From an uncultured Bacteroidota bacterium (GTDB lineage: Bacteria > Bacteroidota > Bacteroidia > JABEUT01): DNA of 64,000 nucleotides. The notes under the pieces were generated by a model. It was not told where the DNA came from and did no database searches. It saw only the letters and a program-made list of their open reading frames with translations. The stretch is taken from NCBI GenBank assembly GCA_963767125.1, contig CAVYDB010000020.1:80548-144547 (forward strand), read 5' to 3'. Below, piece after piece: positions 9,059 through 18,163 of this stretch; position 1 is the first letter of the stretch, and every line of letters starts with the position of its first letter. The position numbers and the translations under genes are program-made.

Positions 9059-9523
9059 AGTTGCAACTTTTTAGCTCAGGTTAGTAATAGAAACTTAGCC
9101 GAATTTACATCCCAATAAACCTGATATCTTTAAAATTTCGGCGAACAAGGTAAATTCATAGTCCAAAAGTGAGTTTCAATCATCTGTAGCATTATTCAAA
9201 AGGCCGGCAACTCAGTGGGATTATCAAGGTTGGGAAGCGAGAACAATAATTCAGATCAATAATATATTTGGTAAACACCGGGATAGTAAATTTTTTTGAT
9301 GAAAAAAATCTATATGGAATTATAGTAATAGTAACCTAATGCTACGAAAACTATTTCTGTTTAGTGAACATACCGGCAGTCGAATAGTTTTCAGCTGATT
9401 ATAAATGATTTTGAAGCTTCATTTTATATCGTTTATCGAAAATTACTATTTCTTACAATAAGTTCATATTACTTTGCAGGGGTTAAAACTCGAAGGATTG
9501 TTAAATAAATAATAGTAGTTAAT

Positions 9524-10372
9524 ATGAAAACAAAAAGTTTATTATTTGTTGCTGTGGTAGCCATCATATCATGCAACAACACAGATACCGGGGATATTCA
9601 AAAGATAAAGGATTTGGCTAAGGAAGACTCTCTAAAATCTGTTCAGGCAACCCAGAAAGATTCTCTGATTACTTCGTACTTAAATGACTTGAACGAAATA
9701 CAGGAAAACCTGGACAGGATAAAGCAGAGGGAAAAAATTATAACCATGAAACCTTCAGAAATGACTTCGAATGACAGGCAGACTGTGGTGGCAGAAGTAA
9801 AAGAATTAGACGAATGGATTGTGAATAATGATAAAAAAATGAACACCCTTCAGTCGAAATTAAAAAAGATGGATACTAAAAATAATAAACTGGAAAGCCT
9901 TGTTGCCCATCTTACCCAGGAAATTTCAGAAAAAGATGAGGAGATAGCCTCCCTTCAATCTCAGCTTGGCAAGGCAAATGATTCAATACGTTTTCTATCC
10001 TCGCGTTTTAACGATAGTATATATATGATAAAAAAACAGCGCTCGCAAATTGCTGTTTTGAGTACCGTTTATTACATTTCCGGCACGATAAAAGAGTTGG
10101 AAGATAAAGGAGTAATAAATAAGGAAGGTGGCTTTATCGGGCTCGGACGGGTAGCTGAAATTAATAGTTCCCTGAATAATTCTGTTTTCACTAAGGCAAA
10201 CTTTAATAGCCTCAGGGGTATTAGCTTGCATGGCAGGTTCAGAAGGTTCATTACTGTTCATCCGGACAAAACGTATGAAGTGATAAATAACTCTGCCTCC
10301 GATTCCATTGCTATTAATATGCCCGCCACTTTCTGGAGTGAAAGTAAATACCTTGTTGTAGCTACCCGGTAA
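9524..10372 (+). CDS. Lipoprotein with a central coiled coil (hypothetical)
   Basis: 282 aa. Lipobox VVAIISC, a long heptad-like segment (LNEIQENLDRIKQ...LESLVAHLTQEISEKDEEIASLQSQL), then a globular C-domain. Confidence 0.65.
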   Translation: MKTKSLLFVAVVAIISCNNTDTGDIQKIKDLAKEDSLKSVQATQKDSLITSYLNDLNEIQENLDRIKQREKIITMKPSEMTSNDRQTVVAEVKELDEWIVNNDKKMNTLQSKLKKMDTKNNKLESLVAHLTQEISEKDEEIASLQSQLGKANDSIRFLSSRFNDSIYMIKKQRSQIAVLSTVYYISGTIKELEDKGVINKEGGFIGLGRVAEINSSLNNSVFTKANFNSLRGISLHGRFRRFITVHPDKTYEVINNSASDSIAINMPATFWSESKYLVVATR

Positions 10373-10388
10373 AAATATTGAAAAACCC

Positions 10389-10426
10389 GGTAGTGGTGTT
10401 AAAGATAATGCCACTACCATGTTTTT
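10389..10426 (+). terminator. Rho-independent terminator
   Basis: Stem GGTAGTGG (10389-10396) / CCACTACC (10411-10418) followed by ATGTTTTT. Located 17 nt after the stop at 10372. Confidence 0.5.
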
Positions 10427-11135
10427 AGAACCCTAAATAAAAGCTACCTGTAAGTTTTTTATATTCATTGGAATAATTGTGGTCTTCATTTTCAATAATG
10501 ATGGTTTCTTCCACCGGGTTTATTTTATGAAACCCAAATTCCATCAAAATTCTTTTAACAGGTTTTAAACTTGTTGTTTTCACAAAGGAAAGCCTGCACG
10601 GAAAAAGTCCGGTTCGCTTAGCTATTGCAGTAAAATCCGCAGCTTCCTTAGATGGTAATATAGTGGCAAATAAACCATCTTTCTTCAGCAATGAAACTAC
10701 CCCATCAGCCAATTCCAGAAAACTGAGATTACAAGTGTGCCTTGCTATGGTTCGTGGTTCCGATGCGGCCGGAAGACTATTGGAAAAATAAGGTGGGTTG
10801 CTTACTATCACATCATATTTTTTGGTTGCCGATAACACAAACTTTTGCAATGAGACAGGAAATATGGTTATTCTATCTGCCCACTTAGATTTTTGGCAAT
10901 TTTCAAGTGCTTCCCCGCAGGCACCTTCATCTATTTCAATAGCATCAAGTAATGCATTTGATCGCTGAGCTGCCATCATGGCTATAATTCCGGTGCCGGT
11001 ACCAATATCAAGTATATTTCCTGTTCGGGGCAAGTTGCACCAGGCCCCGAGTAAAACGGCATCAGTACCCACCTTCATGGCACAGCTGCCTTGCTTTATT
11101 TCAAATTCCTTAAATATGAATGAATCGCCCGGCAT
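10425..11135 (-). CDS. tRNA (adenine37-N6)-methyltransferase, YfiC/TrmN6-like
   Basis: FIFKEFEIKQGSCAMKVGTDAVLLGAW parallels the E. coli YfiC N-terminus. SAM motif ILDIGTGTGIIA and catalytic NPPYF are present. I start at the internal ATG (11133-11135) rather than the track start at 11192. Confidence 0.8.
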   Translation of the reverse strand: MPGDSFIFKEFEIKQGSCAMKVGTDAVLLGAWCNLPRTGNILDIGTGTGIIAMMAAQRSNALLDAIEIDEGACGEALENCQKSKWADRITIFPVSLQKFVLSATKKYDVIVSNPPYFSNSLPAASEPRTIARHTCNLSFLELADGVVSLLKKDGLFATILPSKEAADFTAIAKRTGLFPCRLSFVKTTSLKPVKRILMEFGFHKINPVEETIIIENEDHNYSNEYKKLTGSFYLGF

Positions 11136-11345
11136 GAGAAGGAAATATTTCAACAGAAACAGGCTTTTTGATGTAAAAAACAACCTGAACACTTTTTAAT
11201 CCAAATACTTATTGGTTATCTTTTCGAAGAATGATAAACTAAGCAATATACGAAACTATCAGATATGATGCATTGATATAAGTCAATAAAAATATATTCA
11301 CAGAAAAATAACGTGTTCAGGATATGCGGAGAATTAAAATAGCAT

Positions 11346-11353
11346 TAAATTTG
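11346..11353 (+). promoter_or_regulatory. -7 box TAAATTTG for cassette copy 1
   Basis: TAnnTTTG match 30 nt upstream of the ATG at 11383. Confidence 0.4.
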
Positions 11354-11382
11354 TTTTTCAATAATCTAAATAATTTAAAATT

Positions 11383-13050
11383 ATGAGAACAAAAACTTTT
11401 TCTTCCTTGACCATGTTAGCAGCAGGCTTATTTGCCTTTTCTGCAACAGCCCTGCATGCACAGGTGGGTATTAATAGTACGGCTGCAAATCCCGATGCTT
11501 CTGCCATACTTGACTTGAACACTGGCAATGCAGGTGTTAATAAAGGCTTTTTACCTCCACAGGTTGCTTTAACAAATGTTGCCACGGCAGCACCCGTTAC
11601 TACGCCTGCAACAGGTCTTATAGTTTACAGTACTTCTGCCCCTACAGGTGGCGACGGGACAGGATATTATTACTGGAACGGTACCGGGTGGATAGGAATA
11701 GCCGGAGGGTCAGCGGGCGCCATTGGCGGTTCCGGAATAAATGGTTATGTAGCCATTTGGACCCCAAACGGAACCACACTTGGTACAGGTTCTATACAGG
11801 ATGATGGCGCTGAAATTGGTGTAGGTACTACTCCCAATTCTGGTACAGAAATATGGGCGATGGGAGTGAATGAAGCAGTTTATGGAGAAGCAACTGATGC
11901 TAGCGGGGGGTATGCCGGTGTTTTCGGAAGAGATGACGGCGGTGGTCCTGGTACATACGGAACTTCTGTCTCTGGTCCCGGTGTTTGGGGGGTTGCTACA
12001 ACTACCGGTGTGCGCGGTGATGGTGATACTGCAGTAGCTGCGTATGGTTACTATAATGGCATTACAGCTTATGGGCCTAATTACGGAATTTATGCCTCAT
12101 CTCCTGCAGGCTGGCCTGTATTTGCTATTTCGCCCGGATCTGAAGAAGGTGTTTTCGGTGAATGTGACGGTTCAAACGGATGGGGTGTAAATGGATATTC
12201 ACAAGGTGCTACCGGTATAGGTGTTGTTGGTGAAGATGATGCTGCGGCAGGGTATGGAGTAGAAGGTACTTCTGGTAGCGGTATAGGAGTATATGCTGCT
12301 GGTGGAACTTATGGGAGTTATTCTGTGGATGCTAATGCTGATTACCTCATAGGTGGCCACCCGGCAGATGCATCTGCTGGTTATTTTAATAATGCCAATG
12401 GGGATTATGGATGGCTTGCCTATGGTACTTTAGATGAAGGTGGTTATTTTGAGGATGCCGGTGGCGATTATTCCTATATTTCTTACGCAGGATATGGAAT
12501 TCTTTCAAATGGAACAAAATCCACAGAAGTGAAAGATGAAAACAACCAGGAAAGAGTATTATTCTGTGATGAGTCTCCAGAAGTTGTATTTCATGATTAT
12601 GGAACTTCCCAACTTGTAAATGGAAAGGTTCATATCAACCTGGATCCCCTATATTCAAAAACGGTAGCCATTAATGAAAAACATCCATTGCGCGTTATGG
12701 TTACCTTGAATGATGAATGTAATGGAATATTTGTTAAAAACCGTACTGCTACCGGTTTTGATGTTATTGAGTTAAATCATGGCACATCCAATGCTCAATT
12801 TACGTATGAAGTAATTGCAAACCGTGCAGATACTAAAAATGCCAAGGGTGAAGTATATGATTATTCTAACTGGCGTTATCCTGTTGGTCCTGGTAGCCAG
12901 GCAAAGCCAACCCAAACTGCTTTACAACCTAATGTAACTAAAAAGAGACCAGTTGCATCAACCAATATTCATGGAGTCAATAAAGGTGAAAAAAGAGATT
13001 TACGTGCAGGCTTATTGCCCGGGCAGACTTCTTCACCCGGTAAGAATTAA
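11383..13050 (+). CDS. Secreted Gly/Tyr-rich repeat protein, cassette gene A1 (conserved ends, variable core)
   Basis: 555 aa. Signal peptide MRTKTFSSLTMLAAGLFAFSATALHA. N-domain motif SAILDLN..NKGFLPPQV..GLIVYS..GYYYWNGTGW, as in many Bacteroidota tail-fibre-like hypotheticals. Core of degenerate G-x-G-V/Y rungs. C-domain ESPEVVFHDYGTSQLVNGKVHI...ATGFDVIEL.HGTSNAQFTYEVIANR. No T9SS sorting domain. Confidence 0.85.
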   Translation: MRTKTFSSLTMLAAGLFAFSATALHAQVGINSTAANPDASAILDLNTGNAGVNKGFLPPQVALTNVATAAPVTTPATGLIVYSTSAPTGGDGTGYYYWNGTGWIGIAGGSAGAIGGSGINGYVAIWTPNGTTLGTGSIQDDGAEIGVGTTPNSGTEIWAMGVNEAVYGEATDASGGYAGVFGRDDGGGPGTYGTSVSGPGVWGVATTTGVRGDGDTAVAAYGYYNGITAYGPNYGIYASSPAGWPVFAISPGSEEGVFGECDGSNGWGVNGYSQGATGIGVVGEDDAAAGYGVEGTSGSGIGVYAAGGTYGSYSVDANADYLIGGHPADASAGYFNNANGDYGWLAYGTLDEGGYFEDAGGDYSYISYAGYGILSNGTKSTEVKDENNQERVLFCDESPEVVFHDYGTSQLVNGKVHINLDPLYSKTVAINEKHPLRVMVTLNDECNGIFVKNRTATGFDVIELNHGTSNAQFTYEVIANRADTKNAKGEVYDYSNWRYPVGPGSQAKPTQTALQPNVTKKRPVASTNIHGVNKGEKRDLRAGLLPGQTSSPGKN

Positions 13051-13075
13051 TTTTAATGTTTAAAATTAAAACGAC

Positions 13076-14071
13076 ATGAAAAAGTATATAGGCCTAATAA
13101 TAGGGTTGCTTCCGTTACTATCGTCAGCGCAATTAGTAATTAATAGCGGGGACTATGTGGTGATAAACGGGAGTGCAGCCAGCCCATCGGGTATGGTATT
13201 GACCAATGCTGCGACTACAGCGATTACCAATGCAAGCACGGGCTGGATTATCACTAACAATGATTATAGTTTTGTGCAGTGGAATATAGGAACAGGAACG
13301 GGGATATACCGTGTCCCGTTTGGTTATTCCACTACCGACTATCTTCTTTTAACGTTCCAGGTAACAGCGGCAGGCGTGGGGAATGGAGTAGTTAAATTCT
13401 CGAGTTATCATGGTTCCAATTGGGACAATGCAGCATACGAGCCTTCTGATGTTACTACGTTGAGTGACTTTGGAGCGGGGGACTATTCAGTAAATATGGT
13501 TGACCGGTTTTGGAATATAGATGCGAATAGCGGATATACGACCAAGCCGACGGTGAACATGAAGTTTAGCTATATCAATAGTGGTGCAGGAGCAGAAGTA
13601 TCGGCGCCGAATTATATAGTGAACAATGCGTTGATAGCCCAGCGTTTCAATTCCAGTTCGGATGTATGGGACGACTTTTTGGGAAGTACGGGGACTCAGC
13701 TGACATCGGGAAATGTAGCAACTGTTTCGAGCGGTTCGGTATCACCGGCCGATTTATTCCGTTCGTGGACAGTAGCGAATGATTCTAACCTGATAACAAA
13801 TGTTGGGGTAGTTTCTGTTGCATCATCCAATCTTACTATCTGGCCCAGTCCGGCTACCCAATGCATTAATGTAAAATTCGGAGCGGGGTTAAGTGGGGAT
13901 GCAGTAATAAGTGTGGTAAATGTAATAGGGCAGGAATTAATCAGGAAAAGCCAGTATATATCTACAGGTATGATACTTCCTATAGATATTTCCACGTTGC
14001 CGGCTGCGATGTATTTTATTCGGGTAAACACGGATAAAACGGAAACAGCCACTAAGTTTATCAAGCAGTAA
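13076..14071 (+). CDS. T9SS-sorted secreted protein, cassette gene B1
   Basis: 331 aa. Signal peptide MKKYIGLIIGLLPLLSSAQ. The last 80 aa or so fit the T9SS type A C-terminal sorting domain (LTIWPSPATQCINVKF..VISVVNVIGQEL..IDISTLPAAMYFIRV..KFIKQ). Confidence 0.85.
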   Translation: MKKYIGLIIGLLPLLSSAQLVINSGDYVVINGSAASPSGMVLTNAATTAITNASTGWIITNNDYSFVQWNIGTGTGIYRVPFGYSTTDYLLLTFQVTAAGVGNGVVKFSSYHGSNWDNAAYEPSDVTTLSDFGAGDYSVNMVDRFWNIDANSGYTTKPTVNMKFSYINSGAGAEVSAPNYIVNNALIAQRFNSSSDVWDDFLGSTGTQLTSGNVATVSSGSVSPADLFRSWTVANDSNLITNVGVVSVASSNLTIWPSPATQCINVKFGAGLSGDAVISVVNVIGQELIRKSQYISTGMILPIDISTLPAAMYFIRVNTDKTETATKFIKQ

Positions 14072-14094
14072 AGGAGAAAGAAATGAAAACTGAA

Positions 14095-14123
14095 AAGGAG
14101 GGAATAAACACCCTCCTTTTTTT
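14095..14123 (+). terminator. Rho-independent terminator of cassette 1
   Basis: AAGGAGGG-AATAAACA-CCCTCCTT followed by TTTTT. Confidence 0.7.
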
Positions 14124-14194
14124 ATTTCCGATAAGATAATATAAAATGTTCAAAAAAATAAAATGATAGTTGCGTTAAGGCATTAAAATTGTAT

Positions 14195-14202
14195 TATATT
14201 TG
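14195..14202 (+). promoter_or_regulatory. -7 box TATATTTG for cassette copy 2
   Basis: TAnnTTTG match 34 nt upstream of the ATG at 14236. Confidence 0.4.
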
Positions 14203-14235
14203 TATTCTAATTGTTTAACCCTAAAATTAATAACT

Positions 14236-15933
14236 ATGAGAACAAAAACTTTTTCTTCCCTGACAATGTTAGCAGCAGGCTTATTCGCCTTTACTGCAAC
14301 AGCCCTGCATGCACAGGTGGGTATTAATAATACCGCTGCAAACCCGGATGCTTCTGCCATACTTGACTTAAATACAGGTAATGCAGGTGTGAATAAAGGC
14401 TTTTTACCCCCACAGGTTGCTTTAACAAATGTTGCCACAGCAGCACCCGTTACTACTCCGGCTACAGGTCTTATTGTATATAGTACCGCTGCCCCTACAG
14501 GTGGTGACGGAACAGGATATTATTATTGGAATGGTACCGGGTGGGTAGGTTTGGCGGGAGGTTCCGCTGGAGCTATTGGAGGTTCCGGAGTTGATAATTA
14601 CGTTGCACGCTGGACTCCCAATGGAACTACATTGGGTACCGGCTTAATACAGGACAATGGCACCGGTGTAGGAGTAAATAGCGCACCTGTGGCTGGTAAC
14701 CTGGTGTATGCAAGCGGTACTACCGGTATAGCAGTTAATGGCACTTCTGATACCGGTGTAGCCGGGTATAGCGCCACTAACATGGGCGTTGTTGCATATT
14801 CTTTGCTAAACGATGGGGTTTGGGCTAATGCCGATTATGGTGGTGTTTATGGAAATGGGTATAACGGATACGGAGTTTGGGGACAAGATGGAATGGGCGA
14901 TGAGGCAATTTTAGCATGGGATTATTATGGAACCTATGGTTATGGTCTTTATTCAACAGGGGTAAACTATGGAGTTTACACTACTGCATCGGCAGCTGCC
15001 GGCGTAGGGGTTTATGCATCTGGCGATACAGCCATAAATGCCTATGGCAGTTGGAATGGAATAGATGCATATTCCGCTAATAACGATGGTATCTCAAGTA
15101 AAGGCCTCTGGGGCGGTGTATATGCATCGGGTGATAACTATGGGCTTTTTGGGTATGGTTCAAATTATGGAGGTATATTTGAAGATCCGAACGGCGATGA
15201 GGCTGTATTGGCATATAATTCTTCTGAACTTGGTATTTATTCTTATGGTTTAAGTTCCGGAGGTTACTTTGTCGATGGAAACTATGATGTAGCCACCAGT
15301 GGCGGAGATTATGCCTATATAGCTTATGGACCTTCTGCCGCAGGCGCTTATTTTGAAGATGATGCCGGCGATTATGTTTATGACGCGTATGCAGGATACT
15401 CAAATTTTGGTTCAGGACCGAAAAATACCATAGTAAAAGATCAAAGCGGACAATACCGTGCTATGTCTTGCCCCGAGGCGCCTGAAGTGCTGTTTCAAGA
15501 TTATGGTACATCCCAATTGGTAAATGGAAAAGTTCATATTGAGTTGGACAAAACGTTTGCTTATACTGTTTGCATTAATGAAAAGCACCCCCTTCGCGTT
15601 ATGGTTACCTTGAATGATGCTGATTGTAATGGAGTAGCAGTAATCAACAGGTCGGCTACAGGTTTTGATGTAGTGGAATTAGCTCATGGTACCTCCAATG
15701 CTTCATTTACGTATGAAGTGGTTGCCAACCGTGCCAATACAAAGACCCATAAAGGAGTAGCAAGAAATTATGCTGATATACGCTACAACGATGCTCCAGG
15801 ACCTTTGGCAAGACCAAAACAAGCCAGCAGTTTAACCCAAACCCCCAATAACCCAAACAGGAGTGAAGGGAAGCACTTTAGCATGACTGCAAAGCCAAAG
15901 CCAAGTCCTACCGCTACACAAGGTAAAAATTAG
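14236..15933 (+). CDS. Secreted Gly/Tyr-rich repeat protein, cassette gene A2
   Basis: Start moved to the ATG homologous to A1 (MRTKTFSSLTMLAAGLFAFTATALHA); the track ORF starts at 14200. Same N- and C-domains as A1, but a different and longer core (GVYGNGYNGYGVWGQDGMGDEAILAWDYYGTYGYGLYSTGVNYGVY...). Confidence 0.85.
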   Translation: MRTKTFSSLTMLAAGLFAFTATALHAQVGINNTAANPDASAILDLNTGNAGVNKGFLPPQVALTNVATAAPVTTPATGLIVYSTAAPTGGDGTGYYYWNGTGWVGLAGGSAGAIGGSGVDNYVARWTPNGTTLGTGLIQDNGTGVGVNSAPVAGNLVYASGTTGIAVNGTSDTGVAGYSATNMGVVAYSLLNDGVWANADYGGVYGNGYNGYGVWGQDGMGDEAILAWDYYGTYGYGLYSTGVNYGVYTTASAAAGVGVYASGDTAINAYGSWNGIDAYSANNDGISSKGLWGGVYASGDNYGLFGYGSNYGGIFEDPNGDEAVLAYNSSELGIYSYGLSSGGYFVDGNYDVATSGGDYAYIAYGPSAAGAYFEDDAGDYVYDAYAGYSNFGSGPKNTIVKDQSGQYRAMSCPEAPEVLFQDYGTSQLVNGKVHIELDKTFAYTVCINEKHPLRVMVTLNDADCNGVAVINRSATGFDVVELAHGTSNASFTYEVVANRANTKTHKGVARNYADIRYNDAPGPLARPKQASSLTQTPNNPNRSEGKHFSMTAKPKPSPTATQGKN

Positions 15934-15984
15934 TTTTTTGCCTATTAAAAGCAAAAATTAATGTAACCCATAAATTAAAACGAC

Positions 15985-16980
15985 ATGAAAAAGTATATAG
16001 GCCTAATAATAGGGTTGCTTCCGTTACTATCGTCAGCGCAATTAGTAATTAATAGCGGGGGCTATGTGGTAATAAACGGGAGTGCAGCCAGCCCATCGGG
16101 TATGGTATTGACCAATGCTGCGACTACAGCGATTACCAATGCAAGCACGGGCTGGATTATCACTAACAATGATTATAGTTTTGTGCAGTGGAATATAGGA
16201 ACCGGAACGGGGATATACCGTGTCCCGTTTGGTTATTCCACTACCGACTATCTTCTTTTAACGTTCCAGGTAACAGCGGCAGGCGTGGGGAATGGAGTAG
16301 TTAAATTCTCGAGTTATCATGGTTCCAATTGGGACAATGCAGCATACGAGCCTTCTGATGTTACTACGTTGAGTGACTTTGGAGCGGGGGACTATTCAGT
16401 AAATATGGTTGACCGGTTTTGGAATATAGATGCGAATAGCGGATATACAACCAAGCCGACGGTGAACATGAAGTTCAGCTATATCAATAGTGGTGCAGGA
16501 GCAGAAGTATCGGCGCCGAATTATATAGTGAACAATGCGTTGATAGCCCAGCGTTTCAATTCCAGTTCGGATGTATGGGACGACTTTTTGGGAAGTACAG
16601 GGACTCAGCTTACATCGGGAAATGTAGCAACTGTTTCGAGCGGTTCGGTATCACCGGCCGATTTATTCCGTTCGTGGACAGTAGCGAATGATTCTAACCT
16701 GATAACAAATGTTGGGGTAGTTTCTGTTGCATCATCCAATCTTACTATCTGGCCCAGTCCGGCTACCCAATGCATTAATGTAAAATTCGGAGCGGGGTTA
16801 AGGGGGGATGCAGTAATAAGTGTGGTAAATGTAATAGGGCAGGAATTAATCAGGAAAAGCCAGTATATATCTACAGGTATGATACTTCCTATAGATATTT
16901 CCACGTTGCCGGCTGCGATGTATTTTATTCGGGTAAACACGGATAAAACGGAAACAGCCACTAAGTTTATCAAGCAGTAA
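15985..16980 (+). CDS. T9SS-sorted secreted protein, cassette gene B2
   Basis: 331 aa. Differs from B1 at two residues (D26G, S->R in GAGL[S/R]GD). Same T9SS sorting domain. Confidence 0.85.
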   Translation: MKKYIGLIIGLLPLLSSAQLVINSGGYVVINGSAASPSGMVLTNAATTAITNASTGWIITNNDYSFVQWNIGTGTGIYRVPFGYSTTDYLLLTFQVTAAGVGNGVVKFSSYHGSNWDNAAYEPSDVTTLSDFGAGDYSVNMVDRFWNIDANSGYTTKPTVNMKFSYINSGAGAEVSAPNYIVNNALIAQRFNSSSDVWDDFLGSTGTQLTSGNVATVSSGSVSPADLFRSWTVANDSNLITNVGVVSVASSNLTIWPSPATQCINVKFGAGLRGDAVISVVNVIGQELIRKSQYISTGMILPIDISTLPAAMYFIRVNTDKTETATKFIKQ

Positions 16981-17003
16981 AGGAGAAAGAAATGAAAACT
17001 GAA

Positions 17004-17032
17004 AAGGAGGGAATAAACACCCTCCTTTTTTT
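17004..17032 (+). terminator. Rho-independent terminator of cassette 2
   Basis: Same AAGGAGGG-AATAAACA-CCCTCCTT + T-run hairpin as at 14095. Confidence 0.7.
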
Positions 17033-17055
17033 GTTGTTACTAATATCTTTTTTTC

Positions 17056-17889
17056 TTATAACTGGTAGCCTAATCCAAAAGTAAAGCTAAATAATTGAAT
17101 CGGGAGGGTACCGCTCACCGGCACATCAGCTTCGTATGTGGTATTGGTAGGATTTACGTAAGGAGTATAGTATTCAATTTGCTCGGTGTTATATGATACT
17201 TTTGAATACAGGTAATCTAAGTTTATCATGGCGCATAGCTTCCTTCTTCCAAATTGGGTAATAAGGAACCTTACCCCAACACCGGCATCAAGGGCAAAAG
17301 AAGTCGGGTAACTTGTTTGTAAATCATTTACATACTGGTCGCCCTGGGCATCGTAATAGCCGTAGTATTGTTCGGGAAGGTCGTTTAAAATAACCCCTGC
17401 CATAAGCCTGCCATCAAATGAAAACCTTCCCATAGGATAGGTTGCATATCCCCCGCCGAGGATACTTGTTTCAGAATAATAATTCTGGTCGGGATACAAG
17501 GCTGTGGCTACATTGTTATTGGCAAATGTATTAAGGTCATATTGGTTATTATAATTCCCAAGCATAAAAGCTATGCCAAAATTAGAATGGCTGATGGGGA
17601 TGCCAAGTGAAAAATGGAATAAATCGCCCCTTAAAGCGTATCCGCCGTAGCCGCTGCCAAAGGGCGAAGCAAAATCTCCCTCTGGAATTGCAAACCCGTA
17701 ATTGATAGATAAATACCCGCTTGGCTGTGACGCTCCATCATCATTATTCTGTGCCTGGTTTTGTTTATTCTCCGGTTTTCTTCTCCAGGAATTATTAGTA
17801 TTATCACCATAATAATCCTGGGCATTGCTATAGGCATAAAAGCAAAAGAGTATACTGCAAATTGCCAGAGGTTTGATTTTACTTTTCAT
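17056..17889 (-). CDS. Outer-membrane beta-barrel protein (hypothetical)
   Basis: 277 aa. Signal peptide, Asn/Gln-rich linker, Gly/Tyr/Phe-rich amphipathic strands, terminal ...FTFGLGYQL. Confidence 0.65.
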   Translation of the reverse strand: MKSKIKPLAICSILFCFYAYSNAQDYYGDNTNNSWRRKPENKQNQAQNNDDGASQPSGYLSINYGFAIPEGDFASPFGSGYGGYALRGDLFHFSLGIPISHSNFGIAFMLGNYNNQYDLNTFANNNVATALYPDQNYYSETSILGGGYATYPMGRFSFDGRLMAGVILNDLPEQYYGYYDAQGDQYVNDLQTSYPTSFALDAGVGVRFLITQFGRRKLCAMINLDYLYSKVSYNTEQIEYYTPYVNPTNTTYEADVPVSGTLPIQLFSFTFGLGYQL

Positions 17890-18163
17890 AGATTCTGTAT
17901 ATTACTTTTTTACTGAAGTAAGACTCTTTACTGTCTTCGAGGTTTAATTAAATAGTTTGACGATAATCAGCATCTAAACTTTTGTAAAAGTAGATGGAAT
18001 TAAAATACGGAGGAGGTAAAACCCTGCTGTTTTAGCGTATTCAACCCCTAACCTTATTTATATTACAAATAAGTTACTGTTTCCCCTCAGTTACAAATTA
18101 AATGCAAGGTATTAAATAAAACATCGTCTAACATTTTTTAACATTACAAGTTATTTTCCATCT

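Larger units (their letters stand above)
13063..14123 (+). repeat. Copy 1 of a 1.06-kb near-identical direct repeat (B gene plus flanks)
   Basis: Identical to 15972..17032 except for 8 substitutions that I can find inside the ORF. Identity starts 13 nt upstream of the ATG (AAATTAAAACGAC) and ends after the terminator T-run. Confidence 0.9.
15972..17032 (+). repeat. Copy 2 of the 1.06-kb near-identical direct repeat
   Basis: See 13063..14123. Confidence 0.9.

Noticed and set aside
11358-14438. Pair of conserved minus-strand ORFs (11358..11585 and 14175..14438) that look like a duplicated small gene
   Set aside because: They are antisense shadows of the conserved 5' ends of A1 and A2. Their conservation simply mirrors the sense-strand conservation, and neither has a start context or promoter.
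15065-15403. His/Arg-rich alternative-frame ORFs inside A2 (15065..15253 + and 15077..15403 -)
   Set aside because: They are compositional by-products of the GGT/TAT-rich repeat core. The A2 frame is continuous and homologous to A1 at both ends.
11383-15933. Diversity-generating retroelement as the source of the A1/A2 core difference
   Set aside because: No reverse transcriptase gene is in the window, and there is no template/variable repeat pair. The cores differ in length and are unalignable, rather than differing at adenine-templated positions.
13696-16973. Identical 122-aa minus-strand ORFs (13696..14064 and 16605..16973)
   Set aside because: They are antisense to the B1/B2 T9SS sorting-domain region. 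They are identical only because the B genes are identical.
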